Shown in pieces: positions 20,601 through 33,902 of a stretch of DNA of 64,000 nucleotides. Every line of letters begins with the position of its first letter. Position 1 is the stretch's first letter. The position numbers and the translations under genes were made by a program. Below the pieces are notes generated by a model that saw nothing but the letters and a program-made list of their open reading frames with translations, had not been told where the DNA came from and made no database searches. Source of the DNA: an uncultured Chloroflexia bacterium (GTDB lineage Bacteria; Chloroflexota; Anaerolineae; CG2-30-64-16); NCBI GenBank assembly GCA_963774265.1, contig CAVZDU010000001.1, positions 384,001 through 448,000 on the forward strand. The letters are read 5' to 3'.

Positions 20601-22537
20601 CGGTCATCTCCTCGCAGCCGGATCTCCTCCGCGACTGCGCGGCGCAACCGGCCGATGCGCACCCCTAGATCATACGACCGCCAGGGATAGTCGCCCTTCC
20701 AGAAAGGCATCCGCGGCAAGTGGCCGGCTGCGTCATCCACGATCACCCGGTCGTCCTCCAACGCCTGCACCCGCCATACGCTGGAGCCCAGCATGAACAC
20801 GTCGCCGGGGCGCGTCTCGAAGATGAACTCCTCGTCCAACGTGCCAACCTTCGTCTTGCCGTCCGCCAGGTACACATCGTATGCCCCGGTGTCGGGAATC
20901 GTGCCGGCGTTCGAGAGAGCCAGGAGCCGCGTGCCGGGCAAAGGGGCCAGGCGGTCGTTCATCCGATCCCAGGCGATGCGCGCCCGCAACGAGGCGTGCC
21001 CTGGCCCGCCGAAGGCCTGGAACCGGCCGGACACCATGAACAGCACCGACTCCCACGCGCCACGTGAAAGATCACGGTAGGGATAGGCGCGACGGACCAG
21101 GTTGTAGAGCGCATCGCCGTCCCACTCGTCTACGCCGACTGCAGCGATAACCTGCTGCGCAAGCACATCGAGCGCGTTCGCGGGGGCTGTCGTTGGCTCT
21201 ACCGCACCGTCGAGCATCCCACGCACCACGGCCGCGGCCTCCACCAGATCCTCCCGGTGCGTCGCGTAGATGCGGCCTTTGCTCGTCTGGCCGACCAGGT
21301 GACCTGAGCGCCCCACGCGCTGCAAACCTTGGGCGACACTGCGTGGAGCCTGAAGCTGCACCACCAGGTCGACGGAGCCGATGTCGATTCCCAACTCCAG
21401 CGTGCCAGTAGAGACCAGCGCAGGGAGCTTGCCCGCCTTCAGCGCCTCTTCCATCGCGCGGCGTGACTCTTTGGATGTGCTGCCGTGGTGCGCCTTGATT
21501 GGTCCTTCCGCGCCGATGGCGAAAATGCCTTTGTCGCGCATGACGCCGCCAGGCGCAAGGGCCTCGGTTGAGCCGGGTGCGATCTCCTCAGATCGCTCGG
21601 CTTCGATCTGCGCGTTGAGGCGGTCCGCGGTGCGTTCTGCCAGGCGGCGGTTGTTAACAAAGATCAGGGTGGTGCGATGGCGCATCACATCGCCGAGCAC
21701 TTGCGGGATGACCGACGGCCAAATGGATCCGCCGGGAAGGTCGCGGAAGTCCTCGACGGGCATCACCACTTCGAGGTCGAGGGCTTTCTTATAGCCCGTA
21801 TCCACGATGGCGACCGGACGCGCGGTGAATCGAGCGTGTGGAGCGTCCTCAACTTGTCCTCCCAGGAAGCGTGCGGCCTCTTCAAGCGGCCGAATCGTGG
21901 CCGAGAGGCCGATCCGCTGCAGCGGGCGACCTACGAGGTGCTCCAGCCGTTCGAGGCTGAGGGTCAAATGGACGCCGCGCTTCTCACCGACGAGGGTATG
22001 GATTTCGTCGACAATGACGCTGCGGACCGTGCGCAACATGTCCCGGCCTCGCGGGCTGGTAAGGATGAGGTAGAGCGACTCGGGCGTAGTGATGAGGATG
22101 TGGGGCGGCTGCTTGACCATCGCCGCGCGCACGTGGCTTGGGGTATCGCCCGTCCGCACCGCGACGCGCAGTGGAGGAAGAGGCTGATCGAGCCGGCCGG
22201 CTTCCGCGCGGATGCCAGCCAAAGGCCCACGAAGGTTGCGCTCAATGTCGTTGTTCAGCGCCTTGAGGGGCGAAATGTAGAGCAGGCGCACGCCGTGCGC
22301 GGCACTCGATGCCAGCTCGCGGTAGATATCGTCAATACCCCAGAGGAAGGCCGCCAGGGTCTTGCCAGAGCCAGTGGGTGCGAGGATGAGGGTGTTGTCG
22401 CCGCGCGCGATGGCCGGCCAACCCTCGGCCTGTGGCGGTGTAGGCTCGCCGAGGTTGGCCTCGAACCAGCGCCGTACCGGTAAGGAAAAACGCGCGATGG
22501 CGCTATATGCATTGCCAGGAGTAGATATGCCGCTCAT
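17648..22537 (-). CDS. lhr: Lhr-family large DEAD/DEAH helicase with C-terminal domain
   Basis: APTGSGKT, SPLKAL, TTPESL, DEIH, LSAT, HHGS, LELGID, QRVGRSGH, GTIPD, LDEEF, HSPFG. Confidence 0.92.
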   Translation of the reverse strand: MSGISTPGNAYSAIARFSLPVRRWFEANLGEPTPPQAEGWPAIARGDNTLILAPTGSGKTLAAFLWGIDDIYRELASSAAHGVRLLYISPLKALNNDIERNLRGPLAGIRAEAGRLDQPLPPLRVAVRTGDTPSHVRAAMVKQPPHILITTPESLYLILTSPRGRDMLRTVRSVIVDEIHTLVGEKRGVHLTLSLERLEHLVGRPLQRIGLSATIRPLEEAARFLGGQVEDAPHARFTARPVAIVDTGYKKALDLEVVMPVEDFRDLPGGSIWPSVIPQVLGDVMRHRTTLIFVNNRRLAERTADRLNAQIEAERSEEIAPGSTEALAPGGVMRDKGIFAIGAEGPIKAHHGSTSKESRRAMEEALKAGKLPALVSTGTLELGIDIGSVDLVVQLQAPRSVAQGLQRVGRSGHLVGQTSKGRIYATHREDLVEAAAVVRGMLDGAVEPTTAPANALDVLAQQVIAAVGVDEWDGDALYNLVRRAYPYRDLSRGAWESVLFMVSGRFQAFGGPGHASLRARIAWDRMNDRLAPLPGTRLLALSNAGTIPDTGAYDVYLADGKTKVGTLDEEFIFETRPGDVFMLGSSVWRVQALEDDRVIVDDAAGHLPRMPFWKGDYPWRSYDLGVRIGRLRRAVAEEIRLRGDDREGIIRWLRSEFSLDLNSARALLDYVSRQIEALGAISSDDTIIVEIFFDAVGEARVVVHSPFGGRINGAWSLALVDALKERTGIEIESLVSDDGILLRFPGAVLGADDAGALAAGVPQEGAFAGIDLSIPGQIVADMLPREARQRIFRELPNSAVFGARFRVNAARALLLPRSRGHKRTPFWLQRLKARDLLATVRNLPEFPLMAETYRDCLRDVMDLGHLDELLGGIEEGRVKVIPVQTRVPSPLAAGLLYQFISTYMYEWDTPKAEQQLQSLAMRRELVEDLLEGSDSGRLPLRPEAVEAVIANAGHTADQRRARTAEELAVLLLELGDLTEAEVTARSASDPRPWLAELAGRGTIVLLDIPTTRGAEPRWVSAELAGEYTVLLPERSHGVAQSKDAHSSSLASILCRWLRWSGPVTRPAILNRYAFDPAWLDAALGQLLADHTIVEGHFTVEGAALEYCDRQVFEQLYRRTLNQLRHQVQPVPLAAYQAFLLSWQGVGPARPGEARGLGQSMRQLRGLALPATAWEREVLPGRIARNSWRDLDQLVQSGEITWVAAGSEGGRADVRFIARREGGLFLSDLPAALPAGPAGDVFAYLKSEGPSFFADIQGGMRLGTEVLRDALRQLALAGIVNGEDLGALAAVLQVRSEPGAPRPMSALEEDLASRLPPRPVGRGRGGARLSQQRLRDLKRSVGQRLDAEAEWEQDWAGRWSLVSRAAVMGPALRGDERGLGLAQIALNRYGVITPEIIARFESRWTWADEEVGATSVRALWEGHKPPDGFRELRAPREAPWSWGELSEQLRRMEMRGEVRRGYFINGLSGVQYALPHAVEALRAVRDGLARSDELVVLSALDPANLYGGELRTLATESTENAESIAGGGEQVVSPIAEFRFARVASTHVVIWQGRSVLVAEDNGSRLSVAEVSDDVLRQALKAYLNRPTAPRRAVLNTWNDGPVIGSRGEALLRELGASRSPTGMDYWKSA

Positions 22538-22662
22538 GTTTCCCCCCAAAGGAGATTGAATCATCAGGAGAGAGGTTTGTCAACGACACAGGCGCTGTAA
22601 TGTGCTTACAACCCGCCGCTTCATGCGCAGACCGCACGGCGCTGTGACACTCCTCCAAAAAC

Positions 22663-22712
22663 CGTGTGACATGACGCGTGTCATACCCTCGCCCCGCACT
22701 AAGTGCTATCTT
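22663..22712 (+). promoter_or_regulatory. Putative operator and extended -10 upstream of PFOR
   Basis: CGTGTGACATGACGCGTGTCAT (20/22 identical to 12434..12455), then TGcTATCTT at 22704-22712. Confidence 0.5.
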
Positions 22713-22790
22713 TATTCTGTTGAAAAACAACTCTCATGTCAGCACATGACTCCACCAGATGGGGTCTGTTTTGTCGCGCAGTTTGGATAA

Positions 22791-26437
<3,647 letters not shown>

Positions 26438-26510
26438 GCAGCGATGAGCTTCGGACGAGGAGACGATCGTCCAGTACCAGTCCCGATCACCGTCACACGC
26501 AAGGAATACC

Positions 26511-27512
26511 ATGACAGATCTCACCACGACCTACATGGGCCTGACCCTGAAGAATCCCATCGTGCCGTCGGCGTCGCCGCTGTCGAAGCGCCTCGACGGC
26601 ATCAACGCCAGATGGAAGATGCCGGCGCGGCGGCCATCACGATGTACTCGCTGTTCGAGGAGCAGATCGACATCGAGGCGCTGGCTCAGCATCACTTCAT
26701 CGAGCAAGACGACCTTCATGTCGGCCGAGGCGACGGCCTACTTCCCGAAGGCCAGCCGACTACAACCGCGGCCCGGACGGCTACCTCGAGCTGATCCGCC
26801 AGGCCAAGGCGGCCGTGAATGTCCCGGTCATCGGCAGCCTGAACGGCGTCACCCCCGGCGGCTGGACGCGCTATGCCAAGCTGATCGAGGAAGCCGGCGC
26901 CGATGCGCTGGAGCTGAACGTCTACCTGATCCCCACGCGCACTCGATCTGTCAAGCGACGGCGTGGAGAACACCTACCTCGAGATCCTGCGCGAGGTCAA
27001 GGCCCAGGTGAAGATCCCGGTGGCGATGAAGCTCAGCCCGTTCTTCAGCGCGATGCCCAACATGGCCCACCGGCTGGATCGCGCCGGCGCCGACGGCGCT
27101 GGTGCTGTTCAACCGCTTCTACCAGCCCGACTTCGACCTGGAGGAGCTGACCGTCACGCCGCACCTGGTGCTGAGCACACCGTGGGAGATGCGGCTGCCG
27201 TTGCGCTGGATCGCCATCCTCTACGGCCACGTCAATGCATCGCTGGCGCTCACCACCGGCATCCACACGCGCGGAAGACGTGGTGAAAGCCATCATGGCC
27301 GGCGCCGACATCGCCAACGTCGCCTCGGTGCTGCTGGAGCAAGGCGCCGGGCCAGATCAGCGACCTGATCGGCGGCGTGCAGCCAATGGATGGAGGAGCA
27401 CGAGTACGAGTCCGTGAGCCAGATGAAGGGCGCGCTGAGCCAGCGCAACGTGGCCGAGCCGGCCGCCTTCGAGCGGGCGAACTACATGAAGGTGTTGGGT
27501 AGCTGGCACTAA
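26511..27512 (+). CDS. Dihydroorotate dehydrogenase-like flavoprotein; multiple frameshifts
   Basis: [51 protein letters not shown]; typical neighbour of nifJ. Confidence 0.8.
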
Positions 27513-27571
27513 GCCAGGCTATCTGCCCCATAAAACCAGGTCTTCGCCTGCGCGGGGATCTGGGTCCCTTC

Positions 27572-27618
27572 GCACGGCCTCCCGAAGCCTCATGCCAGCA
27601 GGTTTGGGGAGGCCGTGC
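27572..27618 (+). terminator. Stem-loop after nifJ-DHODH operon
   Basis: GCACGGCCTCCC ... GGGAGGCCGTGC inverted repeat. Confidence 0.65.
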
Positions 27619-27666
27619 AACCGCATCACTTCCTTAAATTTTGCAGCTCGGTGATATTTTGGGTTC

Positions 27667-27720
27667 TTGACAGCTTGTGAATTTTCTGATAATCTAGTCC
27701 TCAGACCTCAGACGTCTGAG
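27667..27720 (+). promoter_or_regulatory. Sigma70 promoter and palindromic operator for the purine catabolic operon
   Basis: TTGACA-N17-TAATCT with TG extension; CTCAGAC-CTCAGACGTCTGAG immediately downstream. Confidence 0.65.
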
Positions 27721-27823
27721 GATGCTGGTTCCCCGTCCAATGCGCAATGATTGCAGCTTGGAGCGAATCATTCATGCCGACTCACAATCCAGATCACGCC
27801 TTCCCCCAGTTCGCTGGCCGCGC

Positions 27824-27900
27824 GCACGGTGCGCACGGTGCGTACGGTGCGTACGGGCGGACCTGCATGTCCGCCCTCGTGTCCGCCTTCTCGTCCGCCT
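27824..27900 (+). repeat. REP-like element (GTAC-GGGCGGAC family) with amplified ends
   Basis: (GYACGGTGC)3-GTACGGGCGGAC-CTGCAT-GTCCGCCC followed by degenerate GTCCGCC repeats. Confidence 0.85.
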
Positions 27901-27957
27901 GTTTCGCCGCCAGCTACGTGTCCACTCGACCATCGCACCGATCCTCGGAGGTAGTCC

Positions 27958-29127
27958 ATGCCGCCAGATACGGCCACTAAGTCTCTGCCTTCGGCCCGCA
28001 AGCCGCCTGTTGACTGGGTGGGGCTGCTGCTCAGAGCAGCAGCGCCTGTCTTGGCCATCCTCGTCGCCCTCCTCGTGGGAGCAATCGTGCTTCTCCTCTT
28101 GGGCGCCAATCCGCTCACTGCATACGCCGCCATGGTCAAAGGCGTCTTCGGCAGCACGTACGGTTTCACGCAATCGCTGGTTAAGGCGACGCCCCTGCTG
28201 TTGGTCGGTCTGGGCATCTGCATCGCCTTCCGCGCCAGCGTGCATCAACATCGGCGGCGAAGGCCAGATCATCGCGGGCGCGTTGATGACCACCTGGTTC
28301 TCGCTGCAGTTTCGCACCTGGCCCGGCTGGCTGCTGATCCCAGCCACCATGATCATGGGGTTCCTGGCCGGGGCGTTTTGGGGGTTCATCCCCGGCATCC
28401 TGAAGGCCCGGCTCAACGTCAACGAAATCCTGAGCACGGTCATGATGAACGCCATCGGCTTACAGCTCATGAACCTCCTGCTCCGCGGTCCCCTGATTGA
28501 CCCCGCGGGCGTCACCGCGGGGACGTTTCTGCATCAGTCCGAACGCCTGCCCGAACAGGTATGGCTGGGCCGGCTGTGCCGCAGACCCAATTGCACACCG
28601 GGGCCGCCATTGCGGTGGTGCTGGCGGTGCTGGTCTACATCTTCCTGTGGCGCACTACCATCGGCTATCGGATCCGCGCCGTGGGCCTGAGCCCGGAGGC
28701 CTCCAGATACGCGGGCATCCGCGTGCCGTTCTACCAGGCCTTGTCGCTGACGCTGGCCGGTGGGTTCGCCGGGCTGGCCGGAGTGGTCGAGGTCATCGGC
28801 GTGCAGCACCGCCTGCTGGAAGGCATCACCAGCGGCTATGGCTTCTCAGGCATCGTGGCCGCGCTGTTCGGCGGCCTGCACCCGCTCGGCCTGATTCCAG
28901 CGTCGTGGCTGTTCGGCAGCCTGTTGGTGGGCGCTGACATGATGCAGCGGGCCGTCCAGGTGCCTTCGGCGCTAATCGATGCGTTGCTGGGCCTGATCGT
29001 GCTGTTGGTAATCGGCTCGCAGATGTGGTCGCACCGCATGGCTACGCGCCGAACGATCGCTTTGGCGAAGAAAGCAGAGCTTGTAGGGCGACCGCAGGTC
29101 GCCCCCGGAACGGAGGCCAAGGCATGA
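27958..29127 (+). CDS. Nucleoside/purine ABC permease 1 (second system); frameshifts near 28243 and 28572
   Basis: KATPLLL, NIGGEGQ, NEILSTVMMN, GYGFSGIVAAL; RBS ggagg. Confidence 0.85.
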
Positions 29128-30059
29128 ACGAGATCACGACAACCGCGATCGTTATCGGTATCCTCACCTCGGCCGTCCGCCTGGCGACACCGTATCTGTA
29201 TGCGAGCCATCGGCGAGGCGATCTCGGAGCTCTCCGGCGTGGTCAACCTGGGCGTGGACGGCATCATGCTGATGGGCGCGTACGGGGCCTTCTTCGTGGC
29301 CTTGAACACGGGCAATCTGTGGCTGGGCCTGCTGGCCGGCGCTGCTCGTCGGCGTGTTGATGGGCCTGCTCATGGCATTCATCAGCGTCACCCTGAAGGC
29401 CGAACAAGGCATCAGCGGCATCGGCCTGTACATGTTCGGGTTGGGCCTCTCCAGCCTGCTGTTCAAGACCACCATCGGCACGGTCAAGACCATCGTAGGA
29501 TTCCAGCCGGTCAAGATTCCGCTGCTCGGCGACATCCCATTCATCGGCGAGATCCTTTTCAACCAGAGCCTGCCGGTCTACGGCGCGTTCCTGCTGGTAC
29601 CGCTGGCCTGGTTCATCCTGGACAAGACGACCTGGGGATTGCAGCTAAAGGCCGTCGGGCAGACCCCGGCCGCGGCTGACTCGCTGGGTGTGAACGTCGA
29701 TCGGGTGCGCTACATCGCGACCTGCGTGGGCTCGATGCTGGCCGGGCTGGCCGGCGCGTCGCTGTCGCTGGCGTTGGTCAACCTGTTCCAGGAGAACCTG
29801 ACCGCAGGCCTGGGCTTCATCGCGGTGGCGCTGGTCTATTTTGGCGGCTGGCGGCCGCTGGGCATCATGCTCGGTGCGCTGCTCTTCAGCACGGTCAACG
29901 CGTTCCAGTTGTGGATGCAGGTGCTGGGGGTCCCCATTCCGTCCGATGTGGCGGTGATGTTGCCCTACCTGCTTGACGATCGTGGCGCTGGCCTTCACAG
30001 TGAACCGCGTGCGAGGGCCGGCAGCACTCAACAAGCCCTTCGAACGCGGGGCGCACTAG
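29124..30059 (+). CDS. Nucleoside/purine ABC permease 2 (second system); frameshifted
   Basis: ELSGVVNLGVDG, LKAVGQTP.AADSLG, GLGFIAVA, PAALNKPF. Confidence 0.85.
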
Positions 30060-30060
30060 G

Positions 30061-30152
30061 GAATCGAAGATGAAAGATTGAAGATTGAGGGTTGAAGTTC
30101 TGCGTTCCTCAACCTGTGATCTTCAATCTGCAATCGAAAATCGGAAATCGGA
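30061..30152. repeat. Intergenic 7-nt-periodic inverted repeat
   Basis: gattgaa/gattgag/ggttgaa arms versus ctcaacc/cttcaat, then aaatcgg repeats. Confidence 0.6.
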
Positions 30153-30168
30153 AAAAGGAGAAGGTAGT

Positions 30169-31191
30169 ATGAAAACCCGCACGTTGTTCGTTCTTGTCAT
30201 GGTGATCGCTCTCGGCATGGTTGCCGCTGCTGGCCGGATGTGGCGGCGGCGCGGCCACCACCGGCGGCAGCACTGCCGCCAAACCGCTGCGCGTCGCCGT
30301 GGTGATGCCCAGCGCCACCACCGATATGGCGTTCAGCCAGTCCATGTTCGCACGCACTCAAGACCGTCCAGGCTGAGATGGGCGGCGAGGCGAAGATGGA
30401 GATCAAGTACTCGGAGAACATGTTCAAGGTGCCGGATGCCGCGGCCGCGCTCCGTGACTACGCCAGCCAGGGCTTCGACATCGTCATCGCCCACGGCTCG
30501 CAGTACGGCACTTCGGTCCAGGAAGTCGCCAAGGACTTCCCCAAGATGACCTTCGCCTGGGGCACCGACGTCAACACCTTCGGGATGCCGAACGTCTATG
30601 CCTACACGCCGCCGCCGAAGCAGGGTGGCTACGTCAACGGCGTGATGGCAGCGATGCTCTCCAAGAGCAAGGTGATCGGCGTGACCGGCCCGGTGGAAGT
30701 CGGGCGATGCCAAGACCTACATCGACGGCTTTGTCCAGGGCGTGGCGTCGGTCGATCCGACCATCAAGGTCTCCAAGACCTGGACCGGCTCCTTCTCGGA
30801 CGTGGCGCTGATGACCGAGGCGGCCAAGACGCACATCGCCGCCGGCGCGGACGTGTTGACCGGCTCCTCGCAGTCCGTGGTCGGCTCCATCAATGCGGCC
30901 AAGGAGAAGGGCACCGTGCTGTGGTTCGGCACGCAGCAGGACCAGGCCATCCCTGGCCCCGCAGAACGTCGTCGCCAGCCAGCAGTACGACTGGACCGGC
31001 ATCCTGAAGCAGATGATCGAGAACCGCAAGAACGGCAAACTGGGCGGTGAGACCTTCACCCTGGAGCTCAAGAATGACGGCTTGAAGATCGTCTACAACT
31101 CTGGCTATCAGCTGCCCGGACAATGTCAAGAAAGCCGCCGATGCGGCGATCGACGGCATCAAGGGCGGCACGCATCAAGGTCAACCCGTAA
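30169..31191 (+). CDS. BMP family ABC substrate-binding protein (second system); several frameshifts
   Basis: Signal peptide, DMAFSQSM, LRDYASQG..IAHGSQYG, GYVNG..AA, WTGSFSD, GADVL. Confidence 0.8.
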
Positions 31192-31194
31192 CAA

Positions 31195-31252
31195 TGAATG
31201 AAAGGAAGAAGGAAGAAGGAAGCAGGATCTTCCTATCTTCCTTCTTCCTTCA
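31195..31252. repeat. (GAAGGAA)n-GATC-(TTCCTTC)n palindrome
   Basis: aaggaagaaggaagaaggaagcaggatcttcctatcttccttcttccttca. Confidence 0.85.
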
Positions 31253-31281
31253 AGCACTGATGCAAGGGCCAGGAGTGGAAG

Positions 31282-32850
31282 ATGGCGAATCAAGCGAGTC
31301 ATGATCTCAAACGGCATGTATACCGCCGCATCCAACGCATCGAGATGTGCAATATCATCAAGCGGTTCCCGGGCGTCCTTGCGAATGAAAAGGTTTGTTT
31401 CGATGTCAACGCCGGCGAAGTGCATGCCCTGCTGGGCGAAAACGGCGCGGGCAAAAGCACTCTGATGCGCCAGCTCTTTGGCCTCTACAAGCCCGACGAG
31501 GGCGAAATTCTCATCGACGGCAAGCCCGTTATCTTCAGTTCCCCGGCCGACGCGATTCACGCCGGCATCGGCATGATCCACCAGCATTTCATGCTCGTGC
31601 CCACGCTGACCGTGACGGAGAATGTTGCGCTGGGGTTAGCTTCATCACGCGAACCGCTGTTGGATCTCGACCGGGTGGAGAAGCGCGTGCGCGAGCTCTC
31701 GGAAGAGTACGGGTTGAAAGTCGATCCGGATGCCTGCATCTGGCAGCTCTCGGTCGGCGAGCAGCAGCGCGTGGAGATCCTCAAGGCGCTCTATCGGGGC
31801 GCGGGTATGATTATTTTGGACGAGCCCACCGCCGTCTTGACCCCCCAGGAGGTCAAAGACCTGTTTGTGACATTCAAGCGCATGGTTGCTGAGGGCCACG
31901 GGCTGGTCTTTATTTCGCACAAGCTCTACGAGGTGCTGGCCATCAGCAACCGCATTACGGTGTTGCGCAATGGACGATTCAGCGGCGAGGTTGCCACCAA
32001 GGATGTCACGCGCGACCAGTTGGCCACGATGATGGTCGGCCGCGAGATCAAACGCTTCGCGCCGCCGCCGCAGGAAACCGGCAGGCCGCTGCTCCAAATT
32101 CAAGGATTGCACGCCATGGGCGATCGTGGTGTAGAAGCGCTGCGCGGCATCGATATGGAGATTCACGCCGGTGAAATCTTGGGCCTGGCAGGCGTGTCGG
32201 GCAACGGGCAACGCGAGTTGGCGGGTTGTCTGGGCGGGATGCGTAAGGTGACCGCCGGCACTATCTCAGTAGACGGCAAAGACCTGACGCACGTCTCGGT
32301 GCAAGAACGTCTGAAAGCCGGACAGGCTTTCATTCCCGAAGAACGCATGCGGGACGGCGCCATCAAGGAGTTCTCCGTCCAGGAGAACCTCTTCCTGCTG
32401 GACCATGCCTCGCCCCAATTCACACATGGGATTTTTCTGGATTTCGCCAAAATGGCTGCGCACGCCAAGTCGCTGATCAGCGAATTCGCCGTGAAAACTC
32501 CCAGCCTGGATACCCCTATTAAGAACCTTTCCGGCGGTAATATTCAAAAAGCAATCATGGCCCGCGAGCTCTCGCGAAAGCCCAAGGTCCTGATTGCCGC
32601 CCAACCCTCGCGCGGCGTGGATATCGGCGCCACAGAATACATCCACCAACGCCTGCTCCAGCAGCGAGCGGAGGGAAAAGCGGTGCTTCTTATTTCGGAA
32701 GATCTGGACGAAGTGCGGGCGCTGTCCGACCGTATCGCGGTCATCTACGAAGGCCGGATCACTGGCGTAGTGAAGCGCGATCAAGCCACCATCGAGCAGC
32801 TAGGCCTGATGATGGCAGGCGTGCCCATGCACGAAGCCCTTGGAAATTGA
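31282..32850 (+). CDS. Nucleoside/purine ABC ATP-binding protein (second system)
   Basis: GENGAGKST, MIHQHFML, LSVGEQQRVEI, LSGGNIQK, PSRGVD. Confidence 0.95.
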   Translation: MANQASHDLKRHVYRRIQRIEMCNIIKRFPGVLANEKVCFDVNAGEVHALLGENGAGKSTLMRQLFGLYKPDEGEILIDGKPVIFSSPADAIHAGIGMIHQHFMLVPTLTVTENVALGLASSREPLLDLDRVEKRVRELSEEYGLKVDPDACIWQLSVGEQQRVEILKALYRGAGMIILDEPTAVLTPQEVKDLFVTFKRMVAEGHGLVFISHKLYEVLAISNRITVLRNGRFSGEVATKDVTRDQLATMMVGREIKRFAPPPQETGRPLLQIQGLHAMGDRGVEALRGIDMEIHAGEILGLAGVSGNGQRELAGCLGGMRKVTAGTISVDGKDLTHVSVQERLKAGQAFIPEERMRDGAIKEFSVQENLFLLDHASPQFTHGIFLDFAKMAAHAKSLISEFAVKTPSLDTPIKNLSGGNIQKAIMARELSRKPKVLIAAQPSRGVDIGATEYIHQRLLQQRAEGKAVLLISEDLDEVRALSDRIAVIYEGRITGVVKRDQATIEQLGLMMAGVPMHEALGN

Positions 32851-32880
32851 AGATTACGAAATTGAGACGAACTCCAACCC

Positions 32881-33064
32881 GTACGGGGGTACGGTGCGTA
32901 CGGGCGGACCTGCGTGTCCGCCCCAACCCGCAACTCTTGCGCGACCGCACATCGCCCCCGAAGCGGGAGCGGCGCAGGATGCGCGAAGGGCGGCCGCAGG
33001 ATGCCGTAAGGGCGGCCGCGGATGCCGTACGGGCAGACCTGTGTGTCCGCCCCCGTGTCCGCCC
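32881..33064 (+). repeat. Composite REP-like cluster (two GTAC-GGGCRGAC copies flanking internal direct repeats)
   Basis: Copies at 32898 and 33027; between them gggcggccgc-ggatgccgta occurs twice. Confidence 0.8.
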
Positions 33065-33089
33065 GCACTCGGCAAGGGGGGCCATCCCT

Positions 33090-33902
33090 GTGGGACTACG
33101 TAGCCCGGGTCCAGGCGCCCGGCCTCTTTACATCTGGGCCGTCGACGCGTTGTATGAGCTGATCGAAACGGGCGTCTATGGGCCAGGCCAGCCCCTGCCC
33201 GCTGAGGCCGAGCTTGCCATGCAGTTGGGCGTCTCACGATCTACTCTGCGTGAGGCGCTAGGCTATTTAGAGAAAGATGGGCTAATCATCCGCAAGCACG
33301 GAGTGGGCACCTTCGTGGCGCCTCACTCAGCTCAGATTTCGGGCGGTCTGGAACGATTGGCCACCTTTCGCTCTGTCGCCGAACTTGCGGGCGCGTCCGT
33401 GCAGATTGTATCTCGCACGGTTACCCTGACGGAGGCCGATGAGGTTGCGGGCAGAGCGCTCCAGGTGCCTCCAGGCAGCGAACTGGAGCGGGTGGAAGTG
33501 ACCGAGGCAGTCGACGGCTGCACCATGGTCTATTTGGACGGACTGATTGCCAGTAAGTGGGTGGATCATGAAAAGCTGGCCTCCGACGAGGGGTCGCTCT
33601 TGGAGTATCTGGTCCGGCAGACGCATCTACCGATCGCGTACTCACGTTCATTGATCTACGCCATTGGCGCCAACCAAGACCTGGCCCGCCGGTTGGGCGT
33701 GCCGGAAGGCGAAGCGGTCCTACAGCTGGTCGAGACGGTGTATACCGATAAGGATCTGCCCATCGCATTCTTCCGCAACTACTTTGTGACTAACGGCTAC
33801 CATCTAAAGATCGTCCGCCGGATCGCCAAAGTGCCCGGCATCAAAATGCCCGGCATTAGGGAATTGAAGACTACGGGGGGAAGCGAGCATGGAACGGTTT
33901 AG
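33090..33902 (+). CDS. GntR family (HutC/UTRA) transcriptional regulator
   Basis: LPAEAELAMQLGVSRSTLREAL...GVGTFV HTH plus UTRA-like C-terminus; start uncertain (frame open from 32847; GTG 33090 follows aaggggg). Confidence 0.88.
   Translation: MGLRSPGPGARPLYIWAVDALYELIETGVYGPGQPLPAEAELAMQLGVSRSTLREALGYLEKDGLIIRKHGVGTFVAPHSAQISGGLERLATFRSVAELAGASVQIVSRTVTLTEADEVAGRALQVPPGSELERVEVTEAVDGCTMVYLDGLIASKWVDHEKLASDEGSLLEYLVRQTHLPIAYSRSLIYAIGANQDLARRLGVPEGEAVLQLVETVYTDKDLPIAFFRNYFVTNGYHLKIVRRIAKVPGIKMPGIRELKTTGGSEHGTV

Noticed and set aside
27722-27980. Small ORFs translated from REP clusters (also 44904..45026 and 50210..50450)
   Set aside because: Open frames arise from stop-free GC-rich repeats; better starts with RBS lie downstream
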